Assembly (NCBI GenBank): GCA_965113315.1
Contig: OZ220366.1
Reading direction: 5' to 3' (one strand)
Origin: Podarcis vaucheri
Lineage: Eukaryota
DNA length: 64,000 nucleotides
Positions 23,869 to 36,994 of the stretch are shown piece after piece (the stretch's first letter is position 1; each line of letters begins with the position of its first letter). The notes beneath the pieces were generated by a model that saw only the letters and a program-made list of their open reading frames with translations, made no database searches and was not told the DNA's origin. The position numbers and the translations under genes are program-made.

Positions 23869-26547
23869 ATATGGCCATGTGAAATATATAGCCAAGATCA
23901 ACACAAAATAGTGACAGCTATTCAGATCCTGGTATCTCTGTGCTGCTGCGAACAAGCATCAATGCATTAGGTATGAGCGATATGAGGAATGGAATATGTA
24001 AAGTAGGATGAATACAATTCAACCAAAGCATTTTAGCTGCATGTTTTTAGCTTCCAGTTTCTTTCACCAGAACCTGCTGTGAAACCTGCTAGTAGTGTGG
24101 CAGTGGCGTGAATCTAAGAGAAATAAAGATTAAAGGTGCTCACACCAACAATATGTGAATACTGTGAATACTACAGCAAGATTTTTATGGCCATCATCTG
24201 AGCTACATTAGTGTTCCAGATTCATCATGTCCTCTAACTGCAAACAGTGAACCCAAGAAGAGGCAGCCAGTCAACTGAATAAACAGCTTCCCTTAATCCT
24301 TGAGAGTTTTGGGGCGATTTACAGGGCTGTGTTCTCTTTATTTTTTGTACATAAATATGAAGGGCTTATTTCCTCCTTGATGTTTGAAATTCATAGCTAA
24401 ATAAATGCCACAGTTCAGAAGTCATCACCATCTCCTCTATTAAAATATATACGTATGGATGTGTGCACGCCAAAAAACACAAGTTACATAGATCTAATTT
24501 CAATGGACGAAAAAAAATCAAAAAAAAATCCATGGGATTGATATTTCCTTTGGTAGAAACTAGTCAACACTATGGCCTTGAGACCAACATAGTGGGTACC
24601 TGTCTCTCCTCTGCCATCCTTTCATACATTTGACTGCTCCAAGCTGTTGCTATGGGCCACTTAAAACCTTAACACACAGTATTATTAATAGCCCTATATT
24701 TTTAAACTGAGACTGAAATCATGGAGACAGTCACACCACAGTATATAGATTGAGCCAAACTGCTAAGGAGGATGTGGGAACAGTTGAATTAGTAACCATC
24801 TGCCATTGCCATTCTATTTACACACCAAACCATGGAAATTAGATAATAATCAAGTTGAGATTTTGTCTGCCCCAAGGATATATAAAAGACCACCCCACCC
24901 CCCAAAAAAGATTAAAACAAGCAGCAATTTTTATATAAAATAAAAAATGAAAAGAAATTGTCAGTAGCATCTATCACCTCTCTGCATCTGAACTGCACTT
25001 ATACAAACTAGTCCATTAGTACAGCAGCTTGCTAGAAATTGACTTTGGTTCAAGCTTAGTTTTAAAAAAATAAAACATTAAAAAAAAATCAAACACACAT
25101 AAGACGGTGGACGGACATTTGCTCACTTCCCTGCTTACAGTTCACAAGTTTTTAAAGTTTTAGGAAGAATTCATTATTTTTAAATAGCTTGTGAAACAGG
25201 AAGTTGGAAATTCAGAGACGAACAGAGAGCAAACAGCATGACGGTATGCGAGAAGAGACAAAGATTTCTGCTAGTTGAGCATTAATGCCAGCTCTCTGAA
25301 TTGGGATCAGCAGCCAGAGAAGGAATTGAGAATAAAGTTACTGCCATCATGATATCAGGTGATAAAGGATATCAGGTGATGAGAGGTTAAATAATTACCT
25401 TTGGCATGAAATGCAATATAATTACATGAGTGCTAGAACTCCCCTTCTCCCCAGGCTTAGTGAAAAGAAAAACTGGGCAGCTCCTCCTTCTTGAAGATAT
25501 TTTTCAATTCACCTTAAAAAGAGATTGGAGAGTTCCAAGTACATTGCAGTCATCCAATCTCTTCTCAGCAGAAAAATTTAGATTCAGACCAGCATAACAT
25601 TTAAATTCATCTTTGTCTCCTCAGTCTCTCTCTCATCCATTTGTCAGCAGCTGTTTGCGCATACCACTTGTTACGTTGCTTGGAAACATTTCCCCCTCTC
25701 TAGTAGAGGTGTTTATTACTGCCATAAATGATCTAGCTAGCAGCAGCATCACCCAGAAATAGCATGAAATATTGCAAGACGCATGCAACATGCCAGTGTT
25801 CACCAGAAAGACAACACTCTCCACGGCACACTGGTCAGCTTTCTGAGAATTCCTTACCAACTTTTTCCAGAGCAGTGAACAGTGTCAAAGAACATTACAA
25901 ACTATTTAGAATGGAGCACGCTCTGCTGTGTTGGCATAAAACAGGACTTGTTCACATGACCTAGTTTACTTCTGGAATAGAAATGTTTTAAGTTGAAAAC
26001 ATTTTCAGTACAATCATATTGGAGACACTGGAAAAAGTAAGTTCTTAGAGATGAACCAAGGCAGCGTTCAGAAATCCTATGCCAAACAGCTGGTAGGAAG
26101 GTTCAACAAATGCATATGAATTATCACCAATACAGGCAGCCTCCTGAGAAAGTAAATAACAGAAATATTCCCAGTTGTAAAGTGGCCATTTCCATGCAAT
26201 TATGAGACAAGACAGTGGCCAGCACAGATGCTGAAGACAGAACCTATGGGCCAAATCCTTCCTCCCTTGGCATCAACAGGAGCCAAAGACGTGCAAATGA
26301 GAGCTAGATTTGGCCCAAGTGTGCTGAGCAAACAGCTGTCCAATCAGAGCGCCCATCTCACAAGCATGGACTATCTTTGCACATTACCCTCTGTATGTTC
26401 ACTTAGCCGCCAACACTTCTGAGAGAATCCCGAAAAACATACCGCCAGGGAAAAGGAAACTAAAGAACATTCGCAATTCACATGCTTTCCTCTCTTTGCT
26501 CCTCCCTCTGTGTGGCATGGGAGCTCACTGAAACTGTTCCAGGAGCA

Positions 26548-26687
26548 NNNNNNNNNNNNNNNNNNNNNNNNNNNNNNNNNNNNNNNNNNNNNNNNNNNNN
26601 NNNNNNNNNNNNNNNNNNNNNNNNNNNNNNNNNNNNNNNNNNNNNNNNNNNNNNNNNNNNNNNNNNNNNNNNNNNNNNNNNNNNNNN
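26548..26687. other. Assembly gap (140 N)
   Basis: Run of n characters. Confidence 1.
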
Positions 26688-27120
26688 TAAACACCTTGTA
26701 TGACATTATGGCCTGTACAACAGACCAATAAATGATAATTAAAAAAAGATATTTAGATCAAAAAGAAAGAAGAAATCCCATTCCTACGTTTGAGTTGATA
26801 ACCCACCTTAACTTGTCATTGATACTGCTGGAAATGATAAGTAGTCCTTTTTTGTTTTATACATTTTTGGTTAGAAAGTTCTCCAGTCAATGAAGCAATC
26901 CTGAAAAGACAGTGTTTATTATAAAATTAGGCAAATGTTTGTCCCAGTTTTAAATCCTTCTTCTTGGTTTTTTTTTTCCTTTTGTATTTTTCCTTCTCTC
27001 CCTTGTCCCCAGCAACACGGTGAGAGGAAACCAATCACATTTTGCAGTTTGTAAACCCAGCTGGCAGCCCATCTCACTGCAGAGTAAAATAGGCTATGGG
27101 TAAGCACAGCTCAGTCCAAC

Positions 27121-27431
27121 TCACTGCGCCTTGGAGGCAGTAGTAGTGGTGGAGGCAGCCCCGCTGGCCGAGGCCACGGTGAAGAGAGAGTTCTGGATAG
27201 ACTCTGCTGAGGTGGAGGTGGCATGAAGGCTGGCAACTGGTCCAGAGGCCCCTGCGGAGGCTGCAGCTGCAGAGACCAAGCTAACTGGGTTGCTGGTGAG
27301 CAGTGAAAGGTTCTGAGGGTTCAGGAACAGAGGGGCAGTGACGATGTTCGGCGTACCTCCAGCATTGGCAAATACCAAGTTCCCAGTTGCATCCAGTGAT
27401 GTTATTGGAAGAGAGCCACCAGATGCAAGAG
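27121..27431 (-). CDS. POU2F1: Oct-1 terminal exon 16 coding part: (A)[25 protein letters not shown]...TTTTASKAQ*
   Basis: ctctctag acceptor, 311 nt, TGA at 27123-27121; Oct-1 C-terminus ASKAQ. Confidence 0.98.
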
Positions 27432-27693
27432 CTAGAGAGGGGCAGAAGAAAATGTCAGCATTCGCAGCCCCACACATCAGCAGCACTGAAGTTTTTCTTC
27501 TGACTACCAACGGATGCTAACACACACACACACACACTCCAAAAATAGTAAACGAAGCCATCTCAACATCAGGAGGAAAAGCTGGATTGGATTCAGAGTG
27601 ACTGAGGATTGAGAACTGACCATTTTATTATCCAGATAAATACACCATTTTCACCACAGAGGAAAAAGCAGGTGCTGTGAAGACCCATTAAGG

Positions 27694-28086
27694 CAGGGAT
27701 GGAGAACCCATGGCCCAAACGGCCCAGGGCCCAAATGCAGTTCTTGGGGCCTTTCTACGTGTCCCTTGGGGCTCTCTCCCCTGGCCACATCCTGTCCCTG
27801 TGCCATGCCCCTCCCCACAGGCTCCACCCCTCCCCAGCCCGGCTCCACACCCTTTTCGAGTGCTTTTGCCTAGCTGAAATTCATCCTTCAACTGCAAACA
27901 TGCCTGGTTGCAGAGATGCGATGGCTAAGTGTGTGCACCTACTGAAACCTTTGAACTTTCCACACTCTGCACAAAGGCAAAAGTCCCATCCATTGTTATG
28001 CCCACTGTTATGCCAGTGGCATGTGGGCCTCACAAGGCTCCTTGAGGGGATGAGGCCCCGGGGCTGAAAAACTTCCCCAACCCCTG
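27694..28086. mobile_element. hAT-like MITE
   Basis: cagggatggagaac ... cttccccaacccctg termini, GC-rich body with ggccc repeats; target duplication only partial. Confidence 0.65.
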
Positions 28087-29144
28087 CATCAAAATATTAT
28101 AAAGGCTCATGCATAAAGATATATGGAGTCAGATTTCAACCACCTGAAGAATGCTTAAGCCATTGTGTATTATTCACCTTCTGCGCTCTGATAATTAATT
28201 CATGGAGGACCTGTTCACTTTGAAGAATCATTTCATATTAAGAGTAGGTCAGTTTGCCGCCTGGCTTTTTTGTTGACTTGCAAAGCCTGATCAGTTGCTA
28301 GCTTGGTTTGGTGGAGGGAAATATATGCAAACAAATGAGGTGCTTGATTATGAATATATTAATAAAAGGAATTTTTGTGCACCTAGAACATTTGCACATA
28401 TATGTACTTTTCTTTTGTAAAAGAGCTACATATCGCTATGAATAAAATGTACTTGTTTGTTTATGACTGTGCAGGCAACAATGTCTTAGATGGGACTACA
28501 TTGTTGCAGAATTTACACAGCACTGGATTTTCAAAAAATGCACTGGGGTGAAATTTTATCCCCAAGGACTAGGTTAGGATTTAATAGTCTGCTTTTCTGG
28601 TCTCAGCATGGCACTGGAATTGTGTTGGCAGCCTCTCTGAACTATCACCTCCTATAAAGTGATAAGAGGCAATAGCAATCATGCAGTTGATGCTTCAGGT
28701 TTCTTACCAATGTATCAGGAACTCACAAGTGTTTGAGTGACAGCCTTCAACTGTGTTGCATTCATTCCTGAAAGAAGGTCTGAGAGGATCCTGATGTATG
28801 AAGGTTGATCATTTCCCTGGAGGCTTCTAAGTGAAAATCCTCACAAGGGTGTTTTCATATACTGATTTTACTCAGACTAGTTATTATCTCTGAATGTCAA
28901 AAGGAGTTTGGAATAAAATATGTCACCCCTTCATTGTCATGAGTGTGAAGTGTGCATGTGTGGTTGATGGAGATTTGAATATATAAAGGTAAATGTTTAT
29001 GTAGAACAAGTCTCTTCAATGTGACATTTCCAAGCAAGGAGGTTTAGGATTTGTAGCCTCTCTCTCTCTCTCTTTGTGGGGGAAAGAACCCTATGAAAAA
29101 CACAAACATAACAGACATGGGAAGAATGGTGAAAGTCCACTGAC

Positions 29145-29233
29145 CTTGAATAGTTGCCAGAGTGCTGTTACTCATCAGAGCTGGGCTGAGAGCACCGCCT
29201 AGTGTCCCTGGATTGAGACTGAGTAAGGCACCT
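29145..29233 (-). CDS. POU2F1: Oct-1 exon 15: [29 protein letters not shown]
   Basis: AG/GT boundaries, 89 nt, phases 2/1 consistent with neighbours. Confidence 0.97.
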
Positions 29234-29667
29234 CTGCAATCCCAAAACAGGAAACAAAAAAAAACTGAAGACAGAGCGACTTTCCAGGTGAGCAGTCTTA
29301 GACACAGAATTAGAATTTAAAAGTCAAATTCAAATTTCCCCCGTTGTTTATCACAAAAACGGACACAGATCCTTTCAGCAACATTTCTACCTAGGATTTA
29401 TTATTGACTGGTTGCATTCTTTAAAATCGATCTTAAAAGTGGCAAGAAGTGTAAAAACTTGCATCCAAACATTTTTATACCTGAAAAGTGCCAATAATCT
29501 CTGATGGGCTGAACTACTGAATTAAAAGAAAGAATTAAGGCAATCTTTATTTTCAAACAGCACTTATTTTTAAGTAAAGGTACTAAATGTGCAGTGTATT
29601 GACATCTGATGCCTGAAGGCTAGATAGTTAAAATGGCAAGCAAATTTTATGAATGGCAGATACCTAC

Positions 29668-30010
29668 CCAGCTGCAAACTGTGAGGATGCCATCAAGCCT
29701 GGATTTAGTCCTGCTGCTGCTGCCATGGCAGCAAGACTTGCATTTGCAGGCAACTGTGCAGCTCCTTGGAGTGCCGCTGCTGCTGTTTGCAACCCAGAAG
29801 CAGTTACCATCACCTGGCTGGTCCCAATTGCTGAGGACATGGGGGTGGAGGTTGTCTGTGTTGTGCTGGTCTCACTGGCACTCGATGCCTCAGAAGTGGA
29901 AGCGGAGGCAGAAGGAGAGGGACTCAGGGAGGGTGATGTCACTGCTGAGGAAGCCGGGGGTGCGGTAGAAATCACAGTCGCTGAGTTGTTGGGGATGGTT
30001 TCTGTGGTGC
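29668..30010 (-). CDS. POU2F1: Oct-1 exon 14: (G)[21 protein letters not shown]...SQFAAG
   Basis: AG/GT boundaries, 343 nt, Ser/Thr/Ala-rich C-terminal region. Confidence 0.97.
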
Positions 30011-30364
30011 CTGAAAGGATGGTTTCAATCAGACTAAAATAGTTAATACTCCTGGAAGAGATCTAAAACTACAAGACAGACAGAGAACAAAAGACACCAT
30101 TCCAATGGAATGAAAGGGCAATGCGCCAAAGTGTAAGGAAAAGAGGACTGATTAACTCAATGGGCACTGTGTGTTAGTGCAGTATTGTGAACAGAACCCA
30201 AAAGGCACTGTTTATCTTGGATCTGAGTGTATTAAAACTTGTTGCTTAACAAACAACCCTGGATACAAATGATTCTAGGGATTCTCTGACATAATAGGTC
30301 ACTAAACTTCAGTCTTTGTAACAGCAAGTACTTCTGCGCTGAGGAAGTCTGAATATTCTCTTAC

Positions 30365-30470
30365 CTGTGACTGCCAAACTAGTTACTGCCGCGCTGGTTA
30401 GAGGGAGCACAGGGTTGACAGTCAGGGTTGTAGCTGCACTGCTTGTCACAAGGCTTGGTGTGGTTGCCAC
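30365..30470 (-). CDS. POU2F1: Oct-1 exon 13: [35 protein letters not shown]
   Basis: AG/GT boundaries, 106 nt. Confidence 0.97.
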
Positions 30471-30906
30471 CTAGAGGTCAGAACAAAACAGCTAAGCTTT
30501 CTTAGAAAGGAAAAGAAATCAGATTTAAATGTTTACTACTTACCTACAGATACAGAAGCTAGCAAACACATACTATCATATAGCTTTGGAATTTTATTCA
30601 TTGAAGCTTAGAACTATGCTACAGTGCTACTTGTAATGAGAAAATCATTAAGCTATGTATAACGCAAACACCCATGTGAATCACCCAGCTCAATCCAGCA
30701 ACAATTCATGTACTCAAAGCCCTCTGGAGGATGTCTTCTTCAATATGGACCAAAGTAGAAGCAATAAGTGGTGTACTGAACACAGCAGTGACCACTAAAG
30801 ATAAAAACTTAAGATTTTGAAATCTGCATTATGTTAACCTCATTACCAAGAGGATAGGAGTGATTTTAATTTCTTCCAGTCTGGTATAACTCAAGTTAAT
30901 TCTTAC

Positions 30907-31086
30907 CAATGAAGTTGGGCAAGGGAAAATTGCTTTGATGGGCGAGCTGCTGGTTCCACCACTACTCGGTGGGTTAATCCTTTTCTCCTTCTGGCGCCGG
31001 TTACAGAACCAAACGCGGATCACCTCTTTCTCCATGTTCAGCTGGTCAGCTATCATGGTGATCTCTTCCGAGGTAGGCTTTTGGTT
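30907..31086 (-). CDS. POU2F1: Oct-1 exon 12 (POU homeodomain helices 2-3): [40 protein letters not shown]...
   Basis: [11 protein letters not shown] signature; AG/GT boundaries, 180 nt. Confidence 0.99.
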
Positions 31087-31430
31087 CTGAAAGAGTAGTA
31101 ATTTGAAGAGAAGAGCTCAGTTATAGTTTGGACACAGGGTGAATTCCCATTTTACAGGGAAGCTGCAACAATGAAAGCCAGCAGCTACCTATAATTGTTG
31201 CAGATACATCTGAAATATCTCTCTCATAGCAGGGAAGATGCACCAGTTCCTCTTCTACTTCTTACATGGGAAGGACAGAAGGTGAAGTGATTCATATAGT
31301 CATAGTGTGTCAGGTAATATAGTATTTTATAATGTTATTTAATTGTTCTTATGCCATTTTATCATTTCATGCTATGCTGAAACTACTCAGCAGCCGTTAG
31401 AGTAGCACACAGTGCAACAGATCGACTAAC

Positions 31431-31576
31431 CTCCAGGAAACTCTTCTCTAAGGCCACACGTATGTTGGTCTCTATGCTGGTGCGTTTCTTCCTCCTGCGG
31501 TTCAAGCCCTCAATCCCCAGCCCTGGGGAATTCAGGGCACTTGGGCTGGAGAGAGCTGAATCTGATGAGAGGTTTT
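31431..31576 (-). CDS. POU2F1: Oct-1 exon 11 (linker and homeodomain start): (E)[48 protein letters not shown]
   Basis: [10 protein letters not shown] motif; AG/GT boundaries, 146 nt. Confidence 0.99.
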
Positions 31577-32843
31577 CTGAAAACAGTCAACACAAGTCAA
31601 GGTCACTAAAGCATGCTAATAATATATTTTTAAAAGGTACCACTCACAGTTAAACAACTACACATTAACTCATGTAATGGCCCCTCAACCTCAACCTAGG
31701 AATGACCAGCAATGGGCCTCCTGATGCCAGACTACACTCCCATAACTAAGGGTGTTCTCAATAAGGGTACCATGATTGTGGCATGCCCTTCCCTTACAGA
31801 CCCGACTGACACCCACCTTAATTAGTTTCTAGCACCAGTTTAAAATGTATCCCAGGCCTTTAGTTAAGGGGTTTGTAGGCTGCCTCTGCTGACCTTATTC
31901 ATTTGCTGTATGCGGTGTCGGGTTATTGGTTTTGTACGTTGTGTATTTCATGCAGTTATTGTACATAGTGTATTTCATATTGTAATTTAATTTCCTTTAT
32001 AATGTGAACCACTGTATAGTCCTGAAAGGTAGCATACAAACAAACAAATATCCAAAAATTCTATGGCTTGGATCTCAAGTTCCCTTGAGCAGAAATCCAT
32101 TCATGGGACCTTCCCATCAAGTTTCACCAATTATCCCTCCTCCCAGCAGCCCCCTGTTCCTCCCCTCCTCCAAATCTGCTCAAGCAAGTTGAGGCACCCT
32201 CCAGAACAGAGCGGGAGGTGGTGTGTGGCAGGCTACAGGATGAATCGCATCACTACCATTGGATCGAAAGCCATTCTGCAAACAGACTGAGCCCTTCAAT
32301 TTGTGGAAGGGACATCTAGTATCTAAGCCTATGGGTCCTATGTAGCAGAAATACTGAAACTAACAGTACTTGCTATTTAAAAAGCCATACTATACAGCTT
32401 AGATGGAAAGTCAGTTCTCAAGATCTGAAGGAGAAAAGGTTTGATCAAACCTAATTGCACATGGCCACATTTAGGGTTAGCCGCTAACTTTTTATATGCA
32501 CCAGCCAATAGTTTTGCTCATGTATTTTTGAGCATTTTTTTGGTCTTAAGAATAAAAAGTGCCAGAGTAAGCTTATGATTAGTGGTTGAAAAACACTGCA
32601 TATGTGCAATTATTTTCACATCAGAGCCAGTGCCGTACAAACGCTTCAGAAAGACCGCTCAAGTAAGTAACTATTTATGCTTCTTCAATCTATTCCACTT
32701 GCATAACAGACTGAACAGAATGAAAATATCTGTTGTAAGTATAACAAAATTGAACCCCACCACAAAGAGCATTGGAATAAAAATCTTTACGAAATTCATA
32801 ATTGTTCTGCGGTGTTTCAGGAATTTCTAAAGGAAATTCTCAC

Positions 32844-32985
32844 CTGCATCATTGAGCCACTTTTCCAGAAGTGGTTTTAACTTGCACATGTTCTTAAAGC
32901 TGAGGTTCAAGGCTTCAAAGCGAGAGATAGTAGTTTGACTGAAGTCATTTCCATAGAGTTTACCCATAGCGAGCCCAACATCACC
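32844..32985 (-). CDS. POU2F1: Oct-1 exon 10 (POU-specific domain): [47 protein letters not shown]
   Basis: POU-specific signature; AG/GT boundaries, 142 nt. Confidence 0.99.
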
Positions 32986-33404
32986 CTGCACGGTTGAAAG
33001 AAAAGAAGATGGGAATAAAACAAGTTGCTCAACGACATATACTTCTATAGGACAGATGTAATAAAATAAATCTCATTACAAAGCTATTGACAGATACAAC
33101 GGAGACACAATCAGATTTCTTCCGTCTTGTTGATAGACGTATGCTAGCTTCCCACTGAATTAAACTGTCCTTTTGATGAATTTATGTCCAACACATGCTT
33201 TAAAATTGGTATAAGATAGACCATCTTGCAAAAGTGTTACTCAAGAAGGAATAAAGATGTTATCTACAGGTCACCAAATTCTGCATCTTCAAAGGCCAAT
33301 TACTTGATTAGCAATGAACTGTTTCTAAATTTTAAAGTTAGCGCTTGGTCAAAGTATCTGACCCGCACCCTGTTTGGTGAGGAGGCCTGGTGAAGTGTTA
33401 TGTA

Positions 33405-33607
33405 CAGTCAAACCTCAGTTGTCGAACGTAATCCATTCTGGAAGCCCATTTGGCTTCCGAAATGTTTGACAACCTAGGCACGGCTTCCAATTGGTTGCAG
33501 GAACTTCCTGCACCCAGTGGAAGCCATGTCGGACGTTCGGCTTCTGAAAAACGTCTGAGAACGTAAACGTTCTGAAATGGAGGTGTTCGGGATCTGAGGT
33601 TTAACTG
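33405..33607. mobile_element. Tc1/mariner-like MITE
   Basis: ta|cagtcaaacctcag ... ctgaggtttaactg inverted termini. Confidence 0.75.
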
Positions 33608-35591
33608 TTTAAGGGATTCTGCCTCAACACAGAGGGCTAAATCAGTTTTCACGGCCTTCAAGTCCAACAGTTAAGTGACGTTAAGCACTTTCTTCCAACG
33701 TTAAGGGATCTCAGCTCAATGAATGAGTGCCTCTGCATATAGTCACATAAAAAGTATCAGGGTCAAGTACATAAACTCATTTAATTCATGTACAACTCAT
33801 GACAGATCAAATTGACAACAGCTGGGAAACAACTGGGATAACAAACTGAATTATTTTTGTTTATGTAGGACATCCACCACCATTTTGGATACAATGAGGA
33901 GTCTAATGACCATACTACTTAATCTCCTACTTTAGATATTTATTTTAAATTGTAAAGTCTTCTTTTGATTTTTTTTTAACTTGAGAATTGAACTGCAATA
34001 GGCAATTAGTTTATTAGTCTTCTATATAAACCTGAACCGAGTAATTATTTCTGAGAGACAGAACAATAAATCTATAAGCATCTGAAAATAACTTACTGTA
34101 CCACCAGCAAATAATTCTCTCTCACACACATACTTTGATAAATTAAACATTTATTACTTCAGTTTTCTAATTACTATCCTCTCACATAATTAAGCAATCA
34201 CTATCATTAAAAACTAATTATGTATATAGCTTGTGCAATATAATTGTTAAGTAAATACTATGCTGTTTGTCATCCTAGTGGTACAATGTTTTGCTGCAAA
34301 ACAGAGAAGTACAAGGTGCCCCTTTGACTTGGGGGCGGGCTAGATGAATTTCCATCCACAATTGAATTTTTGCCCATCTCAGTTAAGGAAAGATTGATTA
34401 GGTTGTCACATAGGATACAGTGGAGTTTGAAGTGCATACATCTGAAAAAGCTACAGAAGCATGGATCATCCATATATGCTTAACATAAATAAGTTGATTC
34501 TCATTAAAGTCTGCTCAAACAGATTTTATTGGGAAAATTATGATGATCCTTTCCTAGCATTGCTTTTCTGTATGTATGGACCCACAAGACCACTTTAAAA
34601 ATCTCATAAGCCCAAAATATTATATCAATACAAGGAAAGTCCAATCTTCAATTACTACCATGCTTTTCTCAAAAGGTGGGGGAACCTTAAGAAAGACATC
34701 TCCAGGTAAGCTCAGAAATGGACAGGTTTGTACAGGAGTAGGCAGTCCTTAAGAAAGCCTGTAAAGCCCTTTATAGCTACAACGCTCAGCACTAAGCTTA
34801 GAAATGTATAAGGAACCAACAGAGCTCTTTTAGAACTGATGAGATATCATCTCCCATAAAGTGTGTTGCAATGGGTCATTTTGGTTATAACTTTTCTCAT
34901 AGAGAAAAGTGGTCAGGCTATTCTTTGCCCAGGAGGATCACAGCATGTGCACCAGCTTAAGCTTGTAAAAAGAATTTTATACCACTGATATTTACTTCTG
35001 CGTACAAAGTGAAGGCCATGGACTCACCACATCTGAAACTCTGATCTTCAGCCCTATTTAGAATCAAACCTCACTAGATTTGATGGAGGTGTTCTCAAAT
35101 AAGTATAGAGGTATTCTTTTCTGTACAATGCACACAAGGCAGCAGCCCACCAATTTCTTCTCAGATTTCTGCTCCAAGGGTGGGCATGGGGAGGTGAGCA
35201 AGGAAAAAAAGGGGGAAGTAGAGGAAAGAACTTTGATGGGATGGAGGAATGGGGCAGCTTTAAGAGGCACGAGGAACAGTTTGTCTACCTGTGATGCAGT
35301 GGTAGCCAGAGGGACAAATTAGAAGCCTATGGAACCCCACAGGATACATGCTATGGTGTGGAGCCATAGTCTTGCAGAACCACTTTCTGAACCTGACCCA
35401 CCAGGTAGTAATAAAACAACTGTGCCATTCACTCTCATCCCAGCCAGGCAGTCCAAAAGGATGCTGTGGATGATGGCACCAAAAGCTTCCAAAAGGTCCA
35501 GGAGAATTTGTAGCAGCAAACTCACCTTGATCTCCTTGCAAAGCTAATCCATTTGGATAACTAAAGTGGTTTCTGTACAGAAACCATCTGA

Positions 35592-35770
35592 AGTGGCAGC
35601 TCTGTAGTTCAATGGTACAACACATGATTTGCATGCAAAATCCCTTCTACCTCCAGGTAGAACAGGGGAGTTCTCGTTTCTGTAATCTTGGAGAACTGCT
35701 AGCAGCCAATGCAGACAATACTGAACTTAAGGACCAATGGTATGGCTCGGTATAAGGTGGCTTATGTTTG
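35592..35770 (+). mobile_element. Degenerate tRNA-derived SINE with CR1-like tail (Squam2-like)
   Basis: ctgtagttcaatggta A-box-like head, gacaatactgaact...accaatggt tail. Confidence 0.65.
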
Positions 35771-35946
35771 TTTGGCATTAATTAAAATGCATTTCACTTG
35801 GAAATTCACAAATCCTCCACAGACACTAATAAAAACCCACATAAGAAGTCAGGATAAATTAGGAAAAGTGATATAGACCCTGTCCTTCCAGATCTGAACA
35901 CTGGTATTTTACCCATTGTGAAGGGATCTTAAATCTTCCATTTTAC

Positions 35947-36120
35947 CTGAGTGAATCCAAGTTTGATCCGTCTTTGTTTGAAAGTCTTGGCAAATTGCTC
36001 AAGCTCCTCAAGATCACTGGGCTCTTCCAAGCTGGGGGTATCAATTCGCTTTGGTGTTGACTGGCTCTGTGGAAGTGGCTGAATAGGGGTCGCTGCTATT
36101 GTGCGTGTTGGGGTTGCTGG
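35947..36120 (-). CDS. POU2F1: Oct-1 exon 9: [58 protein letters not shown]
   Basis: Start of the POU-specific domain; tandem TAGCAG acceptor (alternative boundary 36123), 174 nt. Confidence 0.98.
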
Positions 36121-36899
36121 CTGCTAAGAAATATAAGAAAGCAAAGAGTGAAGTCAGAAAACATATAGAAATAAAAGCATGGTTAGGAAAAAAAGTATGG
36201 CTTTTCTTGGTAAATGCTAGTCTCTACTATTTTCTAGCATACGCATTGTATTTTAATTACATTCAACTCTAAAATAGGTATTGCAATCTAGAGTATTCTC
36301 AAAGGAAATTTTATTCAACAGAGCAATTCTTTTAAAAGGACAATAAAAACAAAGGTGTCTCCTGATCCTTTAATTTTTCTGCTTAAGAATGAAGTACACT
36401 TTCTCCCAATTATTCTCACTATGCAAAAAAGAGAATGACTGAACAAAGCAAAGGGGTGAGTGGGAAGAGTAAAGTCCCAAAAGTCCAAAACAGCTCCAGA
36501 AAGAGTTTATGGCTTTTCTGCTATAAAGCTTTTTAGCAAGTGACAAAGTGTTATCAGGTGGACTTAGGACTGGTTCAGAAGTTGCATCTAAGCACAATTC
36601 CTATTCTGACAGTAGCTAGATGCGTTATTCTGACACTGCTTTCCAGATGCGTTAATACATTTTCCAGTAATTTCTTGATACGTAAAATATAGCATGACAC
36701 ATACACACTGTGCTCAACATTTTCCAGCGCAAGTGCAAAGGTTTTTAGAATATGTCAACAATCTCTTAAGTGAGAGGTAGCCACCAGTTCATTGTCTCTC
36801 TAGAATAATAAAATGGACAACTTTTGCTATGCACCATGGCCTGAATTCTCTCATCCTACCCCCACCAAGTAGGAATAAGAAAATTTATCGAAAACTGAC

Positions 36900-36994
36900 C
36901 TGAGAAGTGAAAGTGATGCTTGGCTGAGACTGCAGGAGGTTGGCTTGGCTTTGCTGAGGTAGTTGCGTTAAGAGATTCTGCGCTTGCAGGAGAC
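36900..36994 (-). CDS. POU2F1: Oct-1 exon 8: (G)[31 protein letters not shown]
   Basis: AG/GT boundaries, 95 nt. Confidence 0.97.

Larger units (their letters stand above)
14180..27120 (-). other. POU2F1: Inferred very long (~13 kb) 3' UTR of POU2F1
   Basis: Runs from the stop codon to the candidate distal poly(A) site; nearly free of recognisable transposons compared with the introns; mammalian Oct-1 mRNA is known to have an unusually long 3' UTR. Extent is inferred. Confidence 0.6.

Noticed and set aside
14979-24822. Pumilio elements (UGUANAUA on - strand at 14979, 18735, 22792, 24815)
   Set aside because: Four sites in 13 kb of AT-rich sequence is close to chance (about 2 expected).
26371-26731. 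ORFs spanning the N run
   Set aside because: Artefacts of the assembly gap.
27432-27510. N-terminal extension of ORF 27121..27510
   Set aside because: Intronic read-in upstream of the true acceptor at 27431.
29633-30042. 111-aa and 129-aa + strand ORFs
   Set aside because: Antisense shadows of the Ala/Ser/Thr-rich POU2F1 exon 14; no independent gene signals.
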